Shown in pieces: positions 54,153 to 64,000 of a stretch of 64,000 nt of DNA. This stretch comes from Octopus sinensis (lineage: Eukaryota), in the NCBI RefSeq assembly GCF_006345805.1, contig NC_043002.1:85374001-85438000 (forward strand). The letters run 5' to 3'. Position numbers and translations under genes: made by a program. Under the pieces are notes generated by a model. That model saw only the letters and a program-made list of their open reading frames with translations. It was not told the origin of the DNA and searched no databases. How positions within the stretch are numbered: the first letter of the stretch is position 1; every line of letters starts with the position of its first letter.

Positions 54153-55674
54153 TACTTTTCCAGTGGCCATCCCTTTTTTGTTGTTTCTTACAGCAGACAT
54201 ACATGAACAAAGTGTACCTATTCTAAAACTGGGATATACACACTATGTAAGAATGCTAGTTTATTGTAAGTGAATACTCCCTCTCTCTCTCTCACAAAAA
54301 AATATGGATTAAGTCCCTCCCTTCACACCATAAGACCCTACAAGACATCCTCCTCACAGTTCTTGTTTCTAATTCAAACCTATGAAGAACACTCTAGAAT
54401 GTATCTGAAACTATTCTCCATTAGTTAATACAACCTAATACCCCGATCTAATGCATTTATTTTCATTACCTTTGTAATTACAGTGTAAACTTGTCAGTGA
54501 CCGGGTCACAATTTAAATGATAAAATAATTTTGACACCAAATCAGCCTTTAATATTCTGCCAAATATAATGTTTATTCATTCACATATATTTATGCTTAA
54601 TCATGCTTTATCTTGTAGATTAGAGATTTCATTGATGTGAATGATTGGTTTCGTATGAAATTGTAGAATAGGTGTGAGAGGCTGAAACTTGCTAGTTTGA
54701 ACATGAAGTAGGTGGAATATTTGGGTAGATATGGCCTATTTAAATACTTTAGGGTTAAGTGAAGTTAACAAACTTTACATGCTTTTGAATGGATAATATA
54801 CGTCTTCCACACTGTATTTGTTTTAGTTCCAGCACATGGTCTCAGATCAAATCATATGCCTGGCAAGTACAACCCTGGAAGTTTTCTTTTAAACTTACTG
54901 AGTCTGGGACAGTACTTATCATTCAGAGGCCATTCAAAGCCAGTGATATTGATACCATTCATATTCATCTTGAACAACTGCAAGTGAACATCTGCTTAAC
55001 ATCACAGTAACTGGATTTAAGTTATGAACACCCATGGAATTATCAAAGAATTAGTTTTCTTCACAATAGAGTCATTTATTGTAGAATTAATTGAAAAAAG
55101 GAATCAAACTGAACAGTCTTTAATCAGAAAGATTTTGACTGCACATGTAAGTAATGTTACTGTCAGTACAAGAGAACACTGTTGGATATTGTAATTTAAT
55201 TAATTCATGAATTTTGATATGGCATGTTAATAAACAGCTTTTATTTATGATAATTTTATTTACTTAATGAAACTTGATATGAAGCGTTTTACATTAGTGT
55301 GGCTATCTTCATTTGAAAGTTTGTTAACACAGCTAGTGCATTAAGCTTTTGAAATATTAATAGAAAATAAATATGATTTGAAGGAAAATATTATTCAATC
55401 ATTAATATTATTTTCATTTTTCTAGCAAGTATGGCAGACAATTTTGTGCATGTTTCAGCTGTTACTCTGACCTTATCAGCCAAAAAAATCTTGATTTGTT
55501 CTTTTATATTTTGTTGCATGTGTTACTATATATGTTGAATACTGGTGTATTGAGGTGTAATATGGTGTAGTAGAGTGGTATAGTATAATATAGTGCTTGA
55601 GTAGATTCAGTATTTCATATTGAAAATATTCAATATCTTAAACTGTATTTTCCAGCATACATGTCGACATAGTA

Positions 55675-56036
55675 TCTCTATATATATAAATGGCAAAATG
55701 TTTGCGTGTGTGTCCTTTATACAAATCCACAATTTTTCAGTTAGGGACTCGCACTTTCTATGGTCATTTAAAACCGTCCAAGGGTGGTCGTGCACATCTT
55801 TACATTTCCCCAGTCACCCTGCAAAGCCATTAAAAAATCAATAGAAGTGATTTTTGGTGAATTTTCTATCCATAACCCAATCAAAATGCCCGAAACTTGA
55901 TACGCCAATTGAATGCTAGCTAGCTGTATGTGAATGGTCAGAGATTTGGACAGTACTCGCGTGTATGTGCACACACACACAGCTGTATATACATGCACTA
56001 GCACTATGACCCAGCAACGCTGGGTCATAGTGCTAG
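55675..56036 (+). mobile_element. Non-autonomous Helitron-like element
   Basis: A|TCTCTATATATATAAA start; subterminal hairpin GACCCAGC-aac-GCTGGGTC; CTAG|T end; no TSD. Confidence 0.75.
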
Positions 56037-57244
56037 TATAGTATAAACATGTAGTGTAAACATTCAAACATCATCATGATCTTTCCAAACCCTGCTGTAT
56101 TTCACATGGAATTTTTTGCCCTCCAACTTTGTCTTATCTTTTTCAGCTGTAATCTTTGATGTGAAAAATTTGACCTGTATGCTGGAAAGAATGGTAATGT
56201 GGTTCTGGGTTCCATGCACCTTGGAAAATATAGAATGGTTACAACTTGAAAGCTTTTGATCATAGCTCTGCTCAATCAGAGTTGCCCTGGAGTTAAACAA
56301 CAGCTACCCTATAAACAGAAATCACGTACCCAACTACATACTTCCTTTATCTATCATTATTATCTCTTATGCATGACACCACAAGGAAATTTTTTGCTTT
56401 TCTATTCTCTCTTCTCTATCTTGATAAAGAGCCTATATCCAAAATATTGATAATTTTTCTTTTTTCCTTAGCAAATACAAATACATTTATTCTTATTCTT
56501 TTGGATTATTTGTTCCTGACACAGAACCACAAGAGTTAATCCACATGTAGATTTTTAACTTGTAATCATCATTGACAGTATTTTAATAATTGTTTTTATA
56601 TTCTTGCATGATAAGCCTAAATATTTTTTTCCATACTTTATCTGTGAAAGTTTTTCTTTTGAGTTCTGGAAGTTCTCTTTAACTTATTCCATTCCAAACT
56701 GTAACCACCATAGTGTACATTCATCATCCTCAGCATGCACCTATTTTTCCATTTTCTGGCATGGAAAAACAGATGTATGATGCTAGATGCCTTTCCTACT
56801 ACCATTTGATTTATATCATGGATTGGGTATCTTTTATTGTATCATCAACTGTAGAAGCTGCTTGCAGGAGAGAAACAAAGACCCTTCTTGTATTTGTTCT
56901 TATTTGGAGTCATTATCTTTGTCCTGTGCTGTGGCTTTCAAATCTTCCCCTTCCCATACACACATGCACATACACCATCATTATCAAATGGATTATGGGT
57001 GAGAAAGAGAAGGTGGATGTTTCATAGAGGTGAGAGGTGCATAGCAGATGGTGAAAGATGGGGGTGCATATGGATGCAGAGAGTAATGAACTAAGGTGGA
57101 GGTGTGGTTGAGGAGAAACACCAGTATGGAGAGATGTAAGATAAGCAATACAGAAGTGGCTCAGGAAGGAGAATAGGTCAGAAAGTAGCAAAGTGATGAG
57201 CAATGTATAGGAGCAGTGAAGACAGTGACATAGAGGTATGTAAA

Positions 57245-57476
57245 AGGCAGCGAGCTGGCAGAATCGTTAGCACGCCGGCCGAAATGCGTAGCCGTATTTC
57301 GTCTGCCGTTACGTTCAGAGTTCAAATTCCGCCGAGGTCGACTTTGCCTTTCATCCTTTCGGGGTCGATTAAATAAGTACCAGTTACGCACTGGGGTCAA
57401 TATAATCGACTTAATCTGTTTGTCTGTCCTTGTTTGTCCTCTCTGTGTTTAGCCCCTCGTGGGTAGTAAAGAAATA
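57245..57476 (+). mobile_element. SINE family M with 10-bp TSD
   Basis: TSD GGTATGTAAA at 57235-57244 and 57477-57486. Confidence 0.9.
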
Positions 57477-59731
57477 GGTATGTAAAGGGCTATAAAAGTG
57501 GGGCATGATGATACAAATGAGCAGTTATTGAGAATAATAGCAGATGATGTATATTTGCTGCTGTTCTCTGGTTTTGAGAAATTCTGTATTCAATCTTTTA
57601 ATCTAAAAATCAGAAGTTTTCATGAATCAGGAATTCAAGAATGTTGCTATTATTTATTTTCTCGTTACAAAAGTAGTAGATAGAATTTTGATGGATGTTT
57701 TACTTACCAATTTAGAAGACTCAATCTAGTGAAATTATGATCAGATTAATTACTCTAGTGTGGTGTAATTATAATTGTTTTATCTTCTATTAGATACCTT
57801 AATTAGACAGTCAGTCACCAATCATCAATGTATATTTATCATGTACAAATGTGATAATTACATTTGATTGACTTTTACTAATCAGACACCACGATTCAAT
57901 GTGTGATTAACTCCATTGATTTCAGAATCAAGTCTTCATACAATACACATAGTTAGATTTGGGTTTAATGCTTCAAATCAGCAAATTATAAAGGCTTCCT
58001 ACTACTTAAAGGAATCAGTTGTACCTCACCATAATACCTATTTCTAGCAAGGCAAATAAGCGAGCCTATAAATGGGTACTCATTAGATACAATGGTCATA
58101 TCCCCATCAAATCATACCTTAACATCTTAGAAATAGGATACATTGAATAATGTAATCTATGATCCACCCCACCCCCCAAAAATATCAAGAGAATCATGAT
58201 TGGAATGTCTCTGATGTGACCAGAAATAAGAAACTCTGAGTAGTGACTCATGAAAACTGAGATTTGAATAAATAATATTATACCACTTTATATAAAGTAT
58301 TGAGTACTTATTTCATTTAATTGCAATTCACACAAATGTGAAACCACCATATACTATATGAATGTGTATGAACACTATGTGTGTGTGTGTATGTTGACAT
58401 GTTTTTCCTTTTTTAATCAAGGTATGTTTCTTAAGTTTTATTTATATTTTATGCTTTAATTTCCATCTTATATATTAGCATTTTTAATCTGTGTATTTAT
58501 GATTTGTATTCTAGGTACAAATCCAGATATGATTGTATATTCCAAAACAATATAAGTGTTTACTTTATTATACTGTTTGACACCATCAGTACTGTCTAAA
58601 GGTGTCAAAATCAATAGGATATCCAGTTGGCAGCTGATGTAGGAAATTTCATGGTTATGTAAAATGTATTTGTGCTGTTTTATTAATGTTTCTACTCATT
58701 GTCACTGTCCTGTATGACATGTTTTACATAATTTGAATAGTGCTGGTTCTTCTGCATTGTTCATGGACATAATAATAATTAGAGGTCAGATCAGGGGATT
58801 TTATACTCTTTCTCTATATAGTTGAAGTTTATCTTTCTCATAACATAGTTACATAGCAGATGAAAGACATATTCTTTAAATTCTTTAAACTGTTTCAGCT
58901 TTAAAGCTGCGGTCATACTGGGGCACCACTATTGCTATTATCTATTGTTGTGTTGCATTTTATTATGTTTCTATCAAATTTAAAGACAATTTTTAATTCA
59001 CACCGAAGTTTTCATTAGTCAGAGTTCTTTTCAAATGTGCAGGCCTGAACAAGGTTTATTTCACAAGGTCAGCTGTTGTACATGCATGCAAATGTCCCTT
59101 CTCCATGCCACTGATTTTTATCAAAGGAAAGGCAAGGTTGATACACCCTGGCACCAGCGATATTGCAGATATTGCATTCAAAATGCAGTGAATGAGAACT
59201 GATAACACAAAACAACCCATCCAGTAGTCTAAAGGTTCCTCTAATACAGTGTCCCAAATTGGTACATTTATTTCAGCAAAGCAAAGCTGACCTTGGTGAG
59301 ATTTGAACTTAAAGAGTAGAGAATTTAATATAAACATTGCATGGCATAGTATCCAACTCTCCTAATGATTCTACCAATTTGCTTTTATTGATACTATGTA
59401 TTACTCTATCATAACATACTACAGATATTTCATTGATTCAGTCTTTATGGATCATTTCATAGAATCTACGATATCTCTGCAATTATTGTAAAGATTCTGG
59501 AGATGCTTTTATTGGAACTGTTTATTAGATGTTGCATCAAGTTATGGGCACATTGTAAATTGTATGACATTGCTTCAGATTTGAAATATTGTGTTTATTG
59601 GGGGACAATATCTACATCAATATTTGAGAAAATCAAATGAAAAGTTCTTCTGGTTCTCTTGATGTATATACATCTACATATTTCTAATATGAATGTATGT
59701 ACACACTCACACATATAGACGTATATGTATA

Positions 59732-59787
<56 letters not shown>

Positions 59788-59933
59788 TCTATCTATATAT
59801 ATATATATCTATATATATATATATATATATAAAAGTATATAAATATATCTATATGTATCTAAATATATATATATATATTGTGAGAGAGAGAGAGGGTGAG
59901 AGAAAGAGAGATAGATAGGGATATATATATATA

Positions 59934-59969
<36 letters not shown>

Positions 59970-61426
59970 ATATATATATATATATAAGCATATCTATATA
60001 TAGATAGAGGTAGATAATGTGTATATATAAACACACACTCACTTACACACACACAACTATGTAGATGATAGATCGATTTCTGTGTATGTGTGTATGTGTT
60101 TGTGTATGAGTATGCATGTATGAAAATATGCATATTTATGAATATATCAATATATTTCCTTTGAAATGTTATTCAGAACCTTACCTTTTGATTATGTACC
60201 TCTAGCTTGATTATAATTGCGTTAGTAAATGAATAGATACACATGAATAGACATACATACACATACACACACATGCCTGCATACACATGTATAGATAGGC
60301 AATGAACTTACATACATACGTACATACAAACAACGTATACATACATACATACATGCATACATACATACATGCACACATACATACATACATGCATGCACAC
60401 ATACATACATAAATGCATGCACACATACATGCAGACATACATACACACATACATACATGCATACTTGCACACATACATATATGCACACATACATACATAC
60501 ACACATACATGCACACATACATACACACACACATACATACATGCGCACATAATACATGCATACATACATGCACACATACATACATACATATACACACACT
60601 CACACATATATACATACACAGCAATTAAGGTATAGGATCGTTACACTGATTGCTGTATGGACCAACACTACCAACCCTGTGTAGATTCCTGTTAAGTATT
60701 CATTGAAATCTCTGGCTGTTTGTCTACTAATGAGAACACATTTTCACACACGTGCATGTGTGCGCACACACACACGTGCACATACACACACACGTTCACA
60801 CACACACACACACACACACAGAGTTTCACAAGGTCATCATTATTATCTTTGGTTTGATGTCTGTTTATCCGTGCTGGTGTGGAATAATCAGTCATGCAAT
60901 AAAACACCTCTTCATCCATCTTGATCGTTCACCATCTCATCTGTCCTAGTTATCCTTGGACTACATTTGCCTTAGCTTCTATCATCTTGTAACAATTTTG
61001 CAACACACACAATCGTACATGTACACATAGACACATGAATCTGTGTGGTCTCTCATTCTACTAGAAACAACGACTAAAGGGTAAAGACCACCTTCTGTCA
61101 TGAATGATTATGGAATTGTGCCTAGAAAGTTACCCTCCAAGACACAAGTCCAGGCAAGCTTGTTTATGGAAGACCAGCAGACGCCCGTGCATACCAGCCT
61201 CCTCTATCCACACCGCCAGCATTATCCAAGAGAAGGGCAGAGGCCAATGCAGCTTGGCACCAGTGATGTCACAACTCATTTCTACATTTGAGTGAACTTG
61301 AACAGCGCAAAATAATATGTCTTGCTCAAGAACACAATACACAACCAAGTCCGAGAAGTGAAAAACCAAAAGAAATGCTGTTAAGCATTTTGTCCAACGT
61401 GCACACGATTCTGCCAATCACTGCCC

Positions 61427-61460
<34 letters not shown>

Positions 61461-61735
61461 TGCTAACAAAGGTACAATGTTAGAAGTTTGGAGAAAGAGT
61501 GACAGTTGATTAAATTGATCCCAGTGCTTCACTAGTACTTTATTTTATTGTTGTGAAGAATGAAAAGCTAAGTTAATCCAGGAAGGATTTGAACTCAAAT
61601 CATAAGGAATCATATCTAACCACCAAACAGTATTTAGTCTAACAGTATAATGATTCTGCCAATTCATCATCATCATCATCATTTAATGTCCGTTGGCCAT
61701 CCTGGCATGGGTTGGGTCATTCACTAATAATGATG

Positions 61736-61771
<36 letters not shown>

Positions 61772-62217
61772 TTTCTAACTTAGGCACAAGGCAAGAAATT
61801 TGAAGGGAAGGGAATTATAGTCAGTTATATTAATCCCAGCGTTTTAATACTAACTTTATTTTATCAACTTCTGTAGGAGGAAAAAGCAAATTTGACCTTG
61901 GTGGGATCTGAACTCACAACATAATGAACTAGAATGAATACTGCAATGTATTTTGATTGTTGCACTGCTAGCCCTACCAAAATATTACAAAACCATCTAC
62001 TGTACATAAGAACCCTATATGAATCCCATAATTCTGTATGGAATATGGAAGCCCTAAGGCAGTTCAACATTGTTTACAACCTCACTCTGGCAACCCCTGT
62101 GGTAGTACTGGTGTCACATTGGAATGGTCATACTGTTTAACCACAGACAACACTGTTCCTTTGGGGTGGACAACTGGGACCTTTATTCATGGTCATCAAT
62201 GATAGACATAGGTCATA

Positions 62218-62434
62218 TGATGGGGTGATGAAAAGTTCCTGGCTTTGGGTAAAAGAAAATACAAGAGGATCAATTAATTATGATTTTATTCAACATATTC
62301 CCCTCTCTGATTTGCTCATTTATTGCAGTGATCCTTCAGTTTCTCTAAACCCTGTAAAAGAACTTGGAAAGTTGGGCCTCCAACCAGGCCTTTCACATTA
62401 CCCTGCAAGCCAGAAACCTTTCAGCATCCCCTCG
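62218..62434. mobile_element. Mariner-derived MITE
   Basis: TA|TGATGGGGTGATGAAAAGTTCCTGGCTT ... AAGCCAGAAACCTTTCAGCATCCCCTCG|TA; minus strand retains ..GEYVE* transposase end. Confidence 0.8.
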
Positions 62435-62790
62435 TATATTTGCAGTATGTCTCTATGTGTATTATCGATATGTGTGTTTATCCTTGTAATTGTAGAAGTA
62501 TGTGTTTCTGTAGTAGCTTTAAACAAAAAACAAATAGAGCAGTTGTATACTGTCAACTTAATGTGACAGTCCTACGAAGGGAATCACACCACTGCTATTT
62601 AGCCCTAGGAAGCATCAACATTAAGTTGACAGTATACAACTGCTCTATCATACCACCACTGCTTATATCTCTCTGAGATATTTAGAAACGTAATATTTCT
62701 ATTTTTTATGATCAGTGGATTTATTTCACTGGAATTATTATATGTTTACAAGGTCTAGACAAGCATCTCCAACTAGCAGGCCATGCTACT

Positions 62791-62830
62791 CCAGACTGAT
62801 GACAAGTAAGACTCAGAAACTAGTCTCTGG
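62791..62830 (+). ncRNA. Type-I hammerhead ribozyme, intact core, GUC site
   Basis: CCAGA-CTGATGA-CAAGT-aag-ACTC-A-GAAAC-TA-GTC-TCTGG; 5-bp stem I. Confidence 0.8.
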
Positions 62831-64000
62831 ATGCAGGCTTAACTGGGTGGGGTGCTTATCTCCTCCTTGTAAACATAAAGACACAGGAAATGTGTTAAGG
62901 CCGACAGGAAGCATTGATGCTTCCTAGGGCTAAATAGCGGTGGTGTGATTCCCTTCATGGGACTGTCACATTAAGTTGACAGTATACAACTGCTCTATCG
63001 TACCAACACTGCTTATAGCCCTCTGAGATATTTAGAAATGTAATATTTCTACTTTTTAAAAAACAAATATTTTCTTAGTATTTCACATCTATTTAATGAT
63101 TGTGTATATTCATTATAATTGGTTATACCAAATTCTGAATACTTTGCTCCCACCCCCCTACCCCCTTTCTTTCAGTCTGCTAGCTGCAAATAAATTGAAG
63201 TATAATAATGATAACAACAACAATAATAATAGTAATAATAATAATAATTGGAAGATATCTAATGTATTTATCATTATTGCCATCATATATCATCATCATT
63301 GTTGTTGTTGTCACCATCATCATCATCACTATCAACACTATAACTATCATTACCACCACTACTACCACCACCGTTGCTATCATCATTAATAGCAAGACTC
63401 AATCTTGGTATAAAGTAGTGAGACCACAGTTTCTTCTTCTTCTTCTTCTTCTTCTTCTTCATTGTTTCCTCCTCGTCTGCCTCCTCCTCGTCCATTCCCC
63501 CTCCCCCTCTTCATCTTCATCATTTTTAATGATTTTATTATTCATTATCATTTTGTAGTCAAGTGTTTCAATAATATTCAATGAGCTATTACACTGAAAC
63601 CACTGGCATGGAGAAGAAATGATAATATATATATATATATTAGTAAATATTGACAACTCACAAATAAACACTTCCCTGAACAAAAAATATTGTCAGAAAG
63701 TATGAGGGTAGGAGAGAGGGAGAAGGTGTGTGTAAGAGACAAAAGAGAGACAAGGGAGGGAAAGATAAAGAGAGAGGGAGGGAGGGAGGGAGAACTAAAA
63801 AAAATAGTTAATAACCTCAAAAAGATAAACAAAAAAATATAGAGAATAAAAACTGAAAGCTTCCTTTTATGTTATATTGCCACTAAGCTAACACAGAAAA
63901 ACATTATAATTACTTGTGTATACACAGTCAGGTACATTATATATCAGCTTGTTCACTCTTATATGTCTTACTTCAGTTTGTCCCCTTCTTCACCTTGTCT

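Noticed and set aside
31814-57400. Recurrent peptide PRKDERQSRPRRNLNSE in several ORFs
   Set aside because: Antisense translation of SINE family M, not a protein family

Overview
AT-rich, microsatellite-saturated animal DNA with no confidently callable host protein-coding gene. It is most likely octopus intronic or intergenic sequence, judged from recognisable tRNA-derived SINE families (inference, no search run). Nearly all of the supplied ORFs are microsatellite artefacts. The window is a nested mosaic of mobile elements: >20 SINE copies from about 5 families, decayed Penelope-like (PLE) RT and GIY-YIG fragments, RTE and CR1-like LINE ends, Tc1, mariner and DD37D transposons, piggyBac-like MITEs and Helitron/Helentron derivatives. 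It also holds a 1.39-kb tandem duplication and a 15-bp minisatellite. The most striking hidden signal is about 20 minimal type-I hammerhead ribozyme (HHR) motifs from roughly 10 unrelated families. They have family-specific palindromic stem III sequences, two families carry non-canonical cores, and several lie in inverted or tandem PLE-style structures. One is part of a tRNA-headed SINE-like element with an HHR tail. One SINE family also shows a GGT(A/T) target-site bias. Coordinates were counted by eye and element ends may be off by a few bases.
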